Notes under the pieces: model-generated
Databases searched by the model: none
Seen by the model: only the letters and a program-made list of their open reading frames with translations
Told to the model about the DNA's origin: nothing
Made by a program: the position numbers and the translations under genes
NCBI GenBank assembly: GCA_944332155.1
Contig: CALVJM010000001.1
Coordinates: 1-41,172 of the forward strand
From: an uncultured Bacilli bacterium
GTDB lineage: Bacteria > Bacillota_I > Bacilli_A > RF39 > UBA660
Length of the DNA: 41,172 nucleotides
Direction of reading: 5' to 3'
Shown here: piece by piece, positions 8,241-17,326 of the stretch
How the letters are laid out: every line of letters begins with the position of its first letter
How positions within the stretch are numbered: the stretch's first letter is position 1

Positions 8241-8723
8241 TTATAATAAATCTTTTAATTTTTCAAGTTCTGGGTTTATACTAGGTTCTTCTTTTCCAGA
8301 AACCACTTTCCATCCATTCCCTGATAGGGTTCGATCAGAGATGTCATCACTAACCACTTTCATAGGAATTTCCATTAATATATTGTCCCATATAATTGGA
8401 AAAATATCAAGAGTATTTTCACAAATAATGGAATTTTCGCCAGTTTCTTCTATAAAATCTGATACATTTTGATTAATTTCGATATCAAATGGAACATTAA
8501 CCGGTTTCAATGTAATTGAACAAGGTAAAATCATCGTTCCCTTAATATCAGCAGATACTTCATATTCATCGAAACTATTCTTTGTAATTTCACCTACAAT
8601 TGATACATTTTCCAAAGAAATAATTTCTGTTCCTTGTAACTCTTCTTTTGAAAAAGAATAATTCAAATCAATGGGAATATAAGTTTCTACTCCGCTCTTT
8701 AAACGAATCAAATCAAATTTCAT
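8241..8723 (-). CDS. yceD: YceD/DUF177 family protein (large ribosomal subunit accumulation protein)
   Basis: 160-aa acidic protein immediately upstream of rpmF, which is the conserved yceD-rpmF pairing. The promoter TTGCAT-17-TATAAT is just upstream. Confidence 0.8.
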   Translation of the reverse strand: MKFDLIRLKSGVETYIPIDLNYSFSKEELQGTEIISLENVSIVGEITKNSFDEYEVSADIKGTMILPCSITLKPVNVPFDIEINQNVSDFIEETGENSIICENTLDIFPIIWDNILMEIPMKVVSDDISDRTLSGNGWKVVSGKEEPSINPELEKLKDLL

Positions 8724-8772
8724 AAAATCACCACTCCCACATTATACTGAAAAGTAGGAAAAAATGCAAGTT

Positions 8773-9003
8773 CTAACGTTTGATTTTCTTAATGTACTTT
8801 TGAACTTTGTTTGTTTCACTATTTGAATTCTCTATCATCTCTTTAATATCGTAAACAATATCTACAGTTTCTAATTCTTGCGCCTCCTTTAAATATTCTG
8901 GATGAATAACCAAAATACAATGCGCTAGCTCTTGAAACACAAGACTTTTTTCTTTTGAAGATAATCTATTATAACCTTCTAAAGATATATGTGGTTGAAT
9001 CAT
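8773..9003 (-). CDS. Small hypothetical protein (76 aa)
   Basis: Strong RBS AGGAGGAATAAT before the ATG. I recognise no family. Confidence 0.55.
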   Translation of the reverse strand: MIQPHISLEGYNRLSSKEKSLVFQELAHCILVIHPEYLKEAQELETVDIVYDIKEMIENSNSETNKVQKYIKKIKR

Positions 9004-9345
9004 ATTATTCCTCCTTATGATTTAATTAATACACATCTAAACACAATGACTATTTACACATTGTGATGGTCATCGTGTAATTATTGCATTTGGTTCAATT
9101 ACACTACTTATCTATATCATAATCTCATCTAATCATATTTTACAAAATAATTTTAAATTATTTCAAATATAGTATTTATTAATTTGTCTCTATTTTTAAC
9201 AATTCTTTTCTTACTAATTTCTTAATAAACATTTTCATTTTATTACTAAATAGAGTCATTACATACTAGTTACAACAACCTGTGAAACTATTGTAACATA
9301 TTTTTCATAAACTTCAAATTGTGATAAAATAAGAATGGTGATGTT

Positions 9346-10494
9346 ATGAACGCAGTTGGAATTATTTGTGAATATAATCCGTTTCACAACGGACATATTT
9401 ATCATTTAGAAAAAGTAAAAGAATTATGTCCAGATCACACTATTATTTTAATTATGAGTGGAAACTTTTTACAACGTGGTGAAAGTAGCTTGATTCAAAA
9501 ATGGGACAAAACAAAGATTGCTTTAACATATGGTGTCGACTTAGTAGTAGAACTTCCTTTTCCGTTCGCCACACAAAGTGCGGATTACTTTGCGAAAGGA
9601 AGTATTGGACTTTTAAAAGCTCTTCATGTTGATACCTTAGTTTTTGGTAGTGAATGTGGAGATATCGAAAAATTTATTACACTAGCAAATACTCAATTAT
9701 ACGATGAAAAATATGACGAGCAAGTAAAAAACTATTTAGATCAAGGTCTTAATTATCCTACTGCGTTATCAAAAGCTCTATTTAATATAACTGGTTTTAC
9801 AATCGACACACCTAATGATATTTTAGGTCTTAGTTATGTACGTGAAATTATTGAAACAAAAGCAAACATTAAACCAATATGTATTAAACGTACCAATGAC
9901 TATCATAGTAAAATACTAACTGGCTCTATTACTAGTGCTTCAAGTATTCGCGAGGCATTAAAGAAAAAACAAGATATTAGTGCCTACGTTCCCAAAGAAA
10001 CATTACAATATATCAAACCTTATCACACTATTGAAAACTATTATCCTTTTCTAAAATATAAAATCTTAACTGAAATGAAGGACTTAGATATGTATCAATC
10101 TGTAGATGAAGGATTAGGCGCTCGTATGAAAAAATTTATCGTGATGTCTAAAACATATGAAGAACTTATAGAGAATATTAAAACAAAACGTTATACTTAT
10201 CAAAAAATTGGAAGAATGTTGACACATATTTTGTGTAACTTTAGTAAAGATGATGCGGATGATTTAAGAAAATTAAAATATATTCGCGTTCTTGGTTTTT
10301 CTTCAAAAGGACAACGCTATTTAAATACATATAAAAAGAAAATAGACTTACCTATTATTACCACTTTTAAAAAAATGAACCAAATGTTAGAAATGGAATT
10401 TCGAGCAACTTGTACCTATGCGTCTATTTTAGATGAAGATGATAAACAAGCTTTAATTGAAGCTGAATATAAACAAAAACCAATTATGAAATAA
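9346..10494 (+). CDS. tmcAL: tRNA(Met) cytidine acetate ligase (YlbM/UPF0348 nucleotidyltransferase)
   Basis: N-terminus MNAVGIICEYNPFHNGHIYHLEK (HxGH-type nucleotidyltransferase signature of YlbM/TmcAL); 382 aa. Confidence 0.85.
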   Translation: MNAVGIICEYNPFHNGHIYHLEKVKELCPDHTIILIMSGNFLQRGESSLIQKWDKTKIALTYGVDLVVELPFPFATQSADYFAKGSIGLLKALHVDTLVFGSECGDIEKFITLANTQLYDEKYDEQVKNYLDQGLNYPTALSKALFNITGFTIDTPNDILGLSYVREIIETKANIKPICIKRTNDYHSKILTGSITSASSIREALKKKQDISAYVPKETLQYIKPYHTIENYYPFLKYKILTEMKDLDMYQSVDEGLGARMKKFIVMSKTYEELIENIKTKRYTYQKIGRMLTHILCNFSKDDADDLRKLKYIRVLGFSSKGQRYLNTYKKKIDLPIITTFKKMNQMLEMEFRATCTYASILDEDDKQALIEAEYKQKPIMK

Positions 10495-10526
10495 AGCTAG
10501 AGAAATAAATCTCTAGCTTGTTTTTT
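10493..10526. terminator. Bidirectional terminator between tmcAL and the convergent gene
   Basis: aaagctagag (10493-10502) / ctctagctt (10511-19) forms a 9-bp stem with an 8-nt loop, followed by gtttttt. Confidence 0.65.
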
Positions 10527-11031
10527 GAACAAAATTTACATTAATAGTTGCTTTTTTATTACTATTTACAATTTCTGTCGCAGTTGATTTCCAAACTACT
10601 GTTACTTTAAATTCTTTAGATGCTCCACTATTTAAAGTTTCACCAGGTGATAATTCTTCTACACTATATACAATATCGGTAGGAGATGCTTGATTAATTT
10701 CATCTACTCCAGTAATACTATCTACAACCGCATCAATTGTTCCACCATTTTTAACAGTTACAATATATTCGGCACTAGAACCAGGTTTTTCTAAATCTAC
10801 ATTGAAAGTAGCCGTTGTTCCTTTATCTGTTGTAGCTTCTATAGTTGTTGCGCCAACCATAGTACCTTCCTCAATAGATTCAAAATGAATATCCCAATCA
10901 CTCGTAATCTCACTAGTACCATTAATATTTAAAAGCGAATTCAAAACTGAATAACCAATCGTCATTCCAAAAATAACTCCAATTAACCCCATGATAATCA
11001 TATGTTGTTTTTTTCTTTTTTCTATATCCAT
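10513..11031 (-). CDS. Membrane-anchored or secreted beta-rich protein, unknown family
   Basis: N-terminal basic stretch plus TM (MIIMGLIGVIFGMTIGYSVL), then NINGTSEITSDWDIHFESI and a Thr/Val-rich beta-type sequence. RBS AGGTGA. Confidence 0.7.
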   Translation of the reverse strand: MDIEKRKKQHMIIMGLIGVIFGMTIGYSVLNSLLNINGTSEITSDWDIHFESIEEGTMVGATTIEATTDKGTTATFNVDLEKPGSSAEYIVTVKNGGTIDAVVDSITGVDEINQASPTDIVYSVEELSPGETLNSGASKEFKVTVVWKSTATEIVNSNKKATINVNFVQKTS

Positions 11032-11240
11032 ATCTTAGTCACCTACTATAATAAGTATATAATCGAGATTGTTTTTTGTCAAGAAAAGTCTAGGAGAAAA
11101 ATAGAACAAAATAATCTGTAATGAGCTAATTTCAATTAGACTGTATATTCAAGTGATAGATTTTACACTCTTAAACAATGGCTTTTCTAAATTAACTGTT
11201 TTCTTTTCACAATAAATATTATCTTATTTCATAACTATAT

Positions 11241-11275
11241 AAAAACTCGTTTCTATATCTAAGAAACGGGTTTTT
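11241..11275. terminator. Terminator downstream of uvrA (A-tract/hairpin/T-tract)
   Basis: aaaaactcgtttct (11241-54) / agaaacgggtttt (11262-75) with a 7-nt loop. Confidence 0.6.
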
Positions 11276-11283
11276 ATTACCAA

Positions 11284-14103
11284 TTAAACTTTTTGCAACA
11301 TTTTCTTCAAGAATTGTCCCGTATAACTAGTTTCTACTTGTGCGACTGCCTCCGGAGTTCCTTTCGCTACAATGGTTCCTCCACCATCTCCACCCTCTGG
11401 ACCTAAATCAATAATATAGTCTGCAACTTTAATGACATCTAAATTATGTTCAATAACTAATACTGTATCTCCATTATCAACAATTCTTTGTAAAATAACT
11501 AATAATTTTTTAATATCATCACTATGTAATCCAGTCGTAGGTTCATCTAAGATGAATAAACTTTTACCTGTTGGTTTCTTTTGTAATTCTTTAGCTAATT
11601 TAATACGACCAGCTTCTCCACCTGATAAAGTTGGTGCAGGTTGTCCTAGTTTTACATAAGAAAGTCCAACATCCATTAACATTTGTAATTTAGTTTTAAT
11701 CTTTGGTATATTTTCAAAGAATTCATAAGCTTCTTCTACACGCATTTCTAAGACATCATAAATACTTTTACCTTTATATTTAATTTCTAATGTTTCTTGA
11801 TTATAACGCGTTCCATGACATACTTCACAAGGAACATAAACGTCTGGTAAGAAATGCATCTCAATCTTTTTAACTCCATCTCCCCAACAAGCTTCACAAC
11901 GTCCACCTTTTACATTGAAAGAGAAACGACCTTTTTCATAACCACGAATTTTAGCTTCTTTGGTATTGGCAAACACATCACGAATATCGTCAAAAACACC
12001 TGTATAAGTAGCTGGATTTGATCTTGGTGTACGTCCAATTGGTGTTTGTGAAATATCAATAACCTTATCGATGTTTTCTAAGCCTTTAACCTCACGAAAT
12101 GATCCTGGTTTGTCTTTTGCTTTATATAAATGATTTGATACCACACGGTATAAAATATCATTTACTAACGTAGATTTCCCACTACCACTAACTCCTGTTA
12201 CACAGATAAAAGTTCCAAGAGGAAATTTGACATTTAAGTTCTTTAAATTATTTTCTTTACATCCTTTTAATTCTAAATATTTTTTATTACCTTTACGACG
12301 TTTCGTAGGTACTTCAATCTTTTCTTCTCCTGTTAAATATTTACCAGTCAAAGAGTTCGGATTACGCATAACTTCTTCTGGAGTTCCTTCCGCAACAATA
12401 TTTCCACCATGAAGCCCAGCTCCTGGTCCAATATCTACTAAGTAATCACTCGCTAACATCGTATCTGTATCATGTTCTACAACAACTAATGTATTTCCTA
12501 AATCACGCATATCTAATAATGATTGAATTAATCGATTATTATCTCGTTGATGTAAACCAATACTTGGTTCATCCAAAACATAAAGGACACCTGTTAAACG
12601 AGAACCAATTTGTGTTGCTAGGCGAATACGTTGAGCCTCTCCTCCTGATAATGTAGCAGCTGTACGTGCAAGTGTTAAATACTCTAGTCCAACATTAATC
12701 AAAAACTCTAAACGTGAATTAATCTCTTTAATAATAAGATTTGATATTTCCTTTTGTTCTTTTGTTAGTTTTAATGTTTTTAAAAAGTGATATAAATCCT
12801 TAATACTTAATTGAGTAACTTCATAAATATTTTTTTCACCAATTAATACAGATAAAACAGAGGAATCAAGACGAGCCCCATGACAAGTTGGACATGGCAG
12901 TTCCGTCATATAGTTTTCAATCCATTCACGAACCCAACTACTCTTCGTTTCCATATAACGACGTTCTAAGTTAACAATTACACCTTCATAATAATCTTTA
13001 GTTCTTCTTACATTTCCTGTTTTAGATATATAATGAAATTCCAACATATCTGGAGAACCATACAAAATAATATTAAACAACTTAGGATCAAGATCTTTTA
13101 CAGGTATATCTTTATCAATGTTATAATACGCACAAACCGTATCTAATTGAACACCATTAATATTTGTTCCATCTCCTGTATTTAAAGTTACAATAGCGCC
13201 TTCATTGAGTGATTTAGTACGATCAGGAACAACTAAATCTTCATCAATTTTTAATTTAATTCCTAAACCTTTACAATCAGAACATGCACCATATGGAGCA
13301 TTAAAAGAAAACATACGAGGTTCTAGTTCAGGTAATGAAAAGTCGCAATCTGGACAAGCATAAGATTCACTCATGACAAAATCTTCGCCACCAACAACAT
13401 CAATAACCACTTTTCCACGCGCTAATTTAGATGCCGTTTCAATCGCTTCAAATAAACGACTACGAATATCAGGTTTAATCACTAAACGATCCACAACGAC
13501 TTCAATATAATGTTTTTTTGTTCTAGATAATTCAATATCCTCTGATAAATCCTTCTCTTCACCATCAATACGAACACGTACATAACCATCTTTACGAAGT
13601 CCATCTAATAAGTCTTTATGTGTTCCCTTTTCACCATAAATAATAGGACTCAATACACGAATACGAGTTCTCTCTTCCAAATTTAATACTTGATTAGTCA
13701 TTTCTTCAATACTTTGACTACTAATAGGACGATGATGGTGTGGACAATATGGAATACCAATTCGGGCATATAGTAATCTTAAATAATCATAGATTTCTGT
13801 AACTGTTCCCACTGTACTACGGGGATTTTTATTTGTTGTTTTTTGGTCAATACTGATTGCTGGGGATAATCCTTCAATACTATCGACATCAGGCTTATCG
13901 CTTCCACCTAAAAACTGTCTCGCATAAGCACTTAAACTTTCAATATATCGACGTTGTCCTTCCGCATAAATAGTATCAAAAGCTAAACTACTTTTTCCAC
14001 TACCACTAACACCTGTCATTACAATTAATTTATTTTTAGGTAAACGAATACTTACATTTTTTAAATTGTTCTCTCTCGCACCTTTAATAATAATTTCATC
14101 CAT
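11284..14103 (-). CDS. uvrA: Excinuclease ABC subunit A
   Basis: 939 aa with two ABC ATPase modules ([14 protein letters not shown]; [13 protein letters not shown]), LSGGE signatures and zinc-finger Cys clusters. Confidence 0.98.
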   Translation of the reverse strand: MDEIIIKGARENNLKNVSIRLPKNKLIVMTGVSGSGKSSLAFDTIYAEGQRRYIESLSAYARQFLGGSDKPDVDSIEGLSPAISIDQKTTNKNPRSTVGTVTEIYDYLRLLYARIGIPYCPHHHRPISSQSIEEMTNQVLNLEERTRIRVLSPIIYGEKGTHKDLLDGLRKDGYVRVRIDGEEKDLSEDIELSRTKKHYIEVVVDRLVIKPDIRSRLFEAIETASKLARGKVVIDVVGGEDFVMSESYACPDCDFSLPELEPRMFSFNAPYGACSDCKGLGIKLKIDEDLVVPDRTKSLNEGAIVTLNTGDGTNINGVQLDTVCAYYNIDKDIPVKDLDPKLFNIILYGSPDMLEFHYISKTGNVRRTKDYYEGVIVNLERRYMETKSSWVREWIENYMTELPCPTCHGARLDSSVLSVLIGEKNIYEVTQLSIKDLYHFLKTLKLTKEQKEISNLIIKEINSRLEFLINVGLEYLTLARTAATLSGGEAQRIRLATQIGSRLTGVLYVLDEPSIGLHQRDNNRLIQSLLDMRDLGNTLVVVEHDTDTMLASDYLVDIGPGAGLHGGNIVAEGTPEEVMRNPNSLTGKYLTGEEKIEVPTKRRKGNKKYLELKGCKENNLKNLNVKFPLGTFICVTGVSGSGKSTLVNDILYRVVSNHLYKAKDKPGSFREVKGLENIDKVIDISQTPIGRTPRSNPATYTGVFDDIRDVFANTKEAKIRGYEKGRFSFNVKGGRCEACWGDGVKKIEMHFLPDVYVPCEVCHGTRYNQETLEIKYKGKSIYDVLEMRVEEAYEFFENIPKIKTKLQMLMDVGLSYVKLGQPAPTLSGGEAGRIKLAKELQKKPTGKSLFILDEPTTGLHSDDIKKLLVILQRIVDNGDTVLVIEHNLDVIKVADYIIDLGPEGGDGGGTIVAKGTPEAVAQVETSYTGQFLKKMLQKV

Positions 14104-14154
14104 AGTATCACCTCTTGACTACGCCTATTATATCACAATTTATTTTCTTTGCAG

Positions 14155-14187
14155 TAAAAAAGAACACTTATTCAAAGAATAAGTGTG
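14155..14187 (-). terminator. Terminator of the spoVA unit
   Basis: Perfect 10-bp stem acacttattc (14164-73) / gaataagtgt (14177-86) with a 3-nt loop. On the minus strand it is followed by UCUUUUUUAC. Confidence 0.65.
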
Positions 14188-14318
14188 AGAACGAGACAAA
14201 AACAAAAAATTATTTTTAGATATATTTCTATATCCATTCTTATTATGACCTATGAACTATAAATTATACACATTATTTTTAATTTTTTATTCTTTTTGAA
14301 TATGTAATAAACAATGTT

Positions 14319-14669
14319 TTAATCTTTTGGTTCAAATATAAGGGATAAGAAAAATGAGAAAATAATAGCTGATACAATTCCGACACTTGTCATATCAAAC
14401 ATTCCCATCGCAAGTCCCATAATGCCAAAATCACTAGCTCGATCTAAAGCACCATGAATTAACGAATGACCAAAACTAGTAATAGGAATAGATGCTCCGC
14501 CACCTGCCCAAAGAATACATTTGTCATAAATACCAAAAATATCTAGAAAAGCACCTAAACAAACAAATATAGTGGTAACATGACCAGGTGTTAGTTTAGT
14601 ATGATCTAAAATAATTTGTCCAATCAAACAAACAAAACCAGCAAAAAGAAAAGCATTTACATAAATCAT
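14319..14669 (-). CDS. spoVAE: Stage V sporulation protein AE (SpoVAEb-type)
   Basis: 116-aa polytopic membrane protein that overlaps spoVAD by 4 nt. GGGASIPITSFGHSL parallels the SpoVAC-like motif. Confidence 0.85.
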   Translation of the reverse strand: MIYVNAFLFAGFVCLIGQIILDHTKLTPGHVTTIFVCLGAFLDIFGIYDKCILWAGGGASIPITSFGHSLIHGALDRASDFGIMGLAMGMFDMTSVGIVSAIIFSFFLSLIFEPKD

Positions 14670-15655
14670 TCTACCACCTCCAAACTAACCGCATGAGCAA
14701 TAGCCGGAATACTTAATTTTTGATTTACCATCGTAGTACTCATTAACGCACCTGTTGCCACTAATAAAACACGTCTTAATTTCTTTTTTCTCATTTGATG
14801 AAATATATAACTATAAGTTACGAGAGGTGCACAAGCAGGACCACTTCCCCCTGAATATACAGATTGACGTTCTAAATCAAAGATCATCGCAGCTGTATCA
14901 TCATAATGATGTAATTCTATACCATACTCTGTATACATATAATCTACCAATATTTTTTTACCAACACTACCTAAATCACCAGTTAAAATTAAATCATAAT
15001 AATCCGCTTCCCTTTTAGTATTTTGTAAATGACGAAAAATAGTGTCCGCGGCTGCTGGAGCCATAACCGCACCCATCTCATATGCATCTTTAATACCCAT
15101 ATCGATTACGCGTCCTAAAGTAGCACTTTCAATTTTAACACCTTTTTTATTATACGTCAGATAAGCTACTGCCGTTCCTGTAGTAGTAAAGGTTGTTGTT
15201 TTAGGTTTAGGACCACCGTATTCAACAGGATAACGAAATTGTTTTTCTGCTGCATTATTGTGACTTGAAGCTGAACATAAACAATGTTTAATTTGATTAG
15301 CCTCTATCATATTAGCTCCAATAATTAAACCTTCTACACTTGTCGCACAAGCATTATAAATACCTAAATATGGGATATTTAATGTACTTGCCGCATAATT
15401 AGATGCGACAATTTGATTTAATAAATCACCTGAAATAAATAGATCCATATCAAAACGATTTTTTTCTAATTTACCAAGTGTAATATCAACTGCTTCTTCA
15501 ATAAGTTTAGATTCTGCTTGTTCCCATGTTTTAGTACCAAAATAAAAATCATCATGACTTTTATCAAAATAATTATTAAGTGGTCCTTTTTTCTCTTCCG
15601 GACCAACTACTGTACCTGTTTCATTAATATATACATTTTTATATCTAAATGTCAT
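14666..15655 (-). CDS. spoVAD: Stage V sporulation protein AD
   Basis: 329 aa with a thiolase-like fold signature (GIYNACATSVEG..., SGGSGPACAP), in the position between spoVAC and spoVAE. Confidence 0.9.
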   Translation of the reverse strand: MTFRYKNVYINETGTVVGPEEKKGPLNNYFDKSHDDFYFGTKTWEQAESKLIEEAVDITLGKLEKNRFDMDLFISGDLLNQIVASNYAASTLNIPYLGIYNACATSVEGLIIGANMIEANQIKHCLCSASSHNNAAEKQFRYPVEYGGPKPKTTTFTTTGTAVAYLTYNKKGVKIESATLGRVIDMGIKDAYEMGAVMAPAAADTIFRHLQNTKREADYYDLILTGDLGSVGKKILVDYMYTEYGIELHHYDDTAAMIFDLERQSVYSGGSGPACAPLVTYSYIFHQMRKKKLRRVLLVATGALMSTTMVNQKLSIPAIAHAVSLEVVE

Positions 15656-15656
15656 G

Positions 15657-16097
15657 TTATCCTCCCATCAATAGTAAACGAATTAAACCAAACACGTACG
15701 CACTCACAATACCAAAAATAATGACACTTCCACTTAACTTTAACATATTGGCTCCAATACCTGTAATCATTCCTTCTTTACGATATTCCAAAGCTGCACT
15801 CATCATAGAATGAGCAAATCCCGTAATAGGAACAATAAGGCCTGCTTTAGCAAAATGAACCCACTTATCAAAGAATCCAAAGCAAGTTAAAAGACAACCA
15901 ATAAAGATAAAAGTAATAATCATATACGGCGATGCTTCACTCGATGGAATGTGTAACCAATAAGAATATAAATCTATTAATAGTTGTCCTAATACTCCCA
16001 TAATTCCCCCAACGACAAAGGCAACCAATCCATTATAAATACTATTTTCTTTTGGTGTATGTTTCTCTACCAAATGTTTATATTTATTCTTTTCCAT
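15657..16097 (-). CDS. spoVAC: Stage V sporulation protein AC
   Basis: RBS AGGAGGAATTAT before ATG 16097; the track start 16154 extension runs through the promoter and terminator. MEKNKYKHLVEKHTPKEN.. followed by 4 TM segments. Confidence 0.9.
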   Translation of the reverse strand: MEKNKYKHLVEKHTPKENSIYNGLVAFVVGGIMGVLGQLLIDLYSYWLHIPSSEASPYMIITFIFIGCLLTCFGFFDKWVHFAKAGLIVPITGFAHSMMSAALEYRKEGMITGIGANMLKLSGSVIIFGIVSAYVFGLIRLLLMGG

Positions 16098-16114
16098 ATA
16101 ATTCCTCCTATCGT

Positions 16115-16143
16115 TAGTATGGAAATAAAAAAATAATTTATAC
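16115..16143 (-). promoter_or_regulatory. Forespore (SigG/SigF-type) promoter candidate for spoVAC-D-E
   Basis: GTATA (16139-43), 17 nt spacer, CATACTA (16115-21). This matches the remembered SigG consensus GHATR-N17/18-CATnnTA. Confidence 0.45.
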
Positions 16144-16172
16144 ATAAAAAACACATTCTCTAAGAATGTGTT
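16144..16172 (-). terminator. Terminator after sigF
   Basis: Perfect 10-bp stem aacacattct (16150-59) / agaatgtgtt (16163-72). The sigF TAG stop is in the 3-nt loop, and a U-run follows on the minus strand. Confidence 0.65.
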
Positions 16173-16813
16173 AAATGACGTCTTAATTTACTAAGTATTT
16201 TTTGTTCTTTTCTAGAAACTTGTACTTGACTAGTATTCATTTGCTTTGCCATTTCAGTTTGTGTTTTATTGCGTAAATAACGTTCATAAATGAATTTTTG
16301 TTCTTCTGGCGATAATCTCTGTAATTCATATTTCAAATCTAACAGCAAATCTAAATCTTCCTGTTTATCACCAATCACTTCATGATAATTCATTTCTTTT
16401 CCATTAGTACGAATAGGTTCTTCCATACTATGCACTACATTGCGTGAATTAATCGCATCAATAACCAACGATTCAGGAATTGGAATTGCTTCCGCTAATT
16501 CTTTAGTAGTAGGTAATCGTCCTAATTTTTGTGTTAATAATAAATTAAATTTCTCAATTTTTAAATTTAACTTAGTAATCTCTCTACTAATTTTAATACT
16601 TTTATCTTCACGAACTAACTTTTTCATTTCGCCTAAAATATAAAAATAAGCATAACTACTAAACTTTGTACCCAAACTAGGATCAAAGTTTTTATAGCTT
16701 TCCATTAACCCAATACATCCAACTTGAAATAAATCGTCTTTATTAGGATAATATGGAAATTTTTTAGTTACAAACCAAATTAAAGATTCATATTCCCTAA
16801 CCAATTCTTCCAT
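16160..16813 (-). CDS. sigF: Sporulation sigma factor SigF (short form, 217 aa)
   Basis: DDLFQVGCIGLMESYKNFDPSLGTKFSSYAYFYILGEMKKLVRED and TQTEMAKQMNTSQVQVSRKEQKILSKL parallel B. subtilis SigF (DDLFQIGCIGLLKSVDKFD..., SQSEVAERLGISQVQVSRLEKKIL). It directly follows spoIIAA. Confidence 0.85.
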   Translation of the reverse strand: MEELVREYESLIWFVTKKFPYYPNKDDLFQVGCIGLMESYKNFDPSLGTKFSSYAYFYILGEMKKLVREDKSIKISREITKLNLKIEKFNLLLTQKLGRLPTTKELAEAIPIPESLVIDAINSRNVVHSMEEPIRTNGKEMNYHEVIGDKQEDLDLLLDLKYELQRLSPEEQKFIYERYLRNKTQTEMAKQMNTSQVQVSRKEQKILSKLRRHLTHS

Positions 16814-16829
16814 TTATTCTCCCCCCTTT

Positions 16830-17171
16830 TTAACACTGATGTAATAAAATTAACTCATCTTGTATTTCATTCATATACGTGAGTAATCGACTACGTTTTA
16901 ATCTTCTTTTAACTGTAGAATGATGAATCCCACATAAGAAAGCAACACCCCCTTTAGCTTTTACCATTTGATATTTTTCCCATAAATAATCTAATCCACT
17001 ATTATCAATCATCGTTAATTCTTCTAAATTAAATACTACACATGTCATTCCTGTTGATAAAACATCATCTACATTCTCTATTTCGTTTCCTTTAATCTTA
17101 TCTTTTACTAATTCTCCCATAAAGCGAATAAATAAAACACCTTTACGGTATTCCATATTAATCTCTAACAT
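16830..17171 (-). CDS. spoIIAA: STAS-domain anti-sigma-factor antagonist (SpoIIAA-like)
   Basis: ATG 17171 follows a G-rich RBS. LEINMEYRKGVLFIRFMGEL...VVFNLEELTMIDNSGLDYLWEKYQMVKAKGG aligns without gaps to remembered B. subtilis SpoIIAA LGIDMNVKESVLCIRLTGEL...[31 protein letters not shown]. Confidence 0.8.
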   Translation of the reverse strand: MLEINMEYRKGVLFIRFMGELVKDKIKGNEIENVDDVLSTGMTCVVFNLEELTMIDNSGLDYLWEKYQMVKAKGGVAFLCGIHHSTVKRRLKRSRLLTYMNEIQDELILLHQC

Positions 17172-17227
17172 AATGTTCCCCCCCAACTATTAAAAGATTA
17201 TCACAGTCCAATAGACATCGCTAGTGT

Positions 17228-17234
17228 TTCGACA
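17228..17234 (-). promoter_or_regulatory. Spo0A-box candidate upstream of spoIIAA
   Basis: Exact TGTCGAA on the minus strand about 55 nt upstream of the spoIIAA start. TGTGATAAT (-10-like) lies about 25 nt further downstream. Confidence 0.4.
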
Positions 17235-17326
17235 AAACTAGAAATTTTTTTTGAGCCACAAAAAAAGACACATTTTTTTATAAATTATGCCTTTTATTTT
17301 TCATTATTTTAATCAGCAAAATTACG

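Noticed and set aside
8224-8472. Plus-strand ORF of 82 aa
   Set aside because: It lies antisense within yceD and the rpmF start, and has no RBS. The composition is typical of a shadow frame in AT-rich DNA.
11432-12412. Plus-strand ORFs 11432..11659 and 12227..12412
   Set aside because: They are antisense shadows inside uvrA.
11284-14103. uvrA not adjacent to uvrB as a possible rearrangement signal
   Set aside because: Gene order varies among Bacillota. uvrA is intact with its own TGATATAAT-type promoter and terminator, and nothing in the flanks suggests a mobile element.
14162-14187. GAACACTTATTC near the uvrA promoter as a possible LexA (Cheo) box
   Set aside because: Only one half-site matches GAAC-N4-GTTC. 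The sequence is one arm of the perfect spoVA terminator hairpin and lies upstream of the uvrA -35 region, so the terminator interpretation explains it fully.
14755-15721. Plus-strand ORFs 14755..15018 and 15518..15721
   Set aside because: They are antisense to spoVAD/spoVAC, with implausible Ile/Phe/Asn-rich translations.
16440-16643. Plus-strand ORF of 67 aa
   Set aside because: It is an antisense shadow inside sigF.
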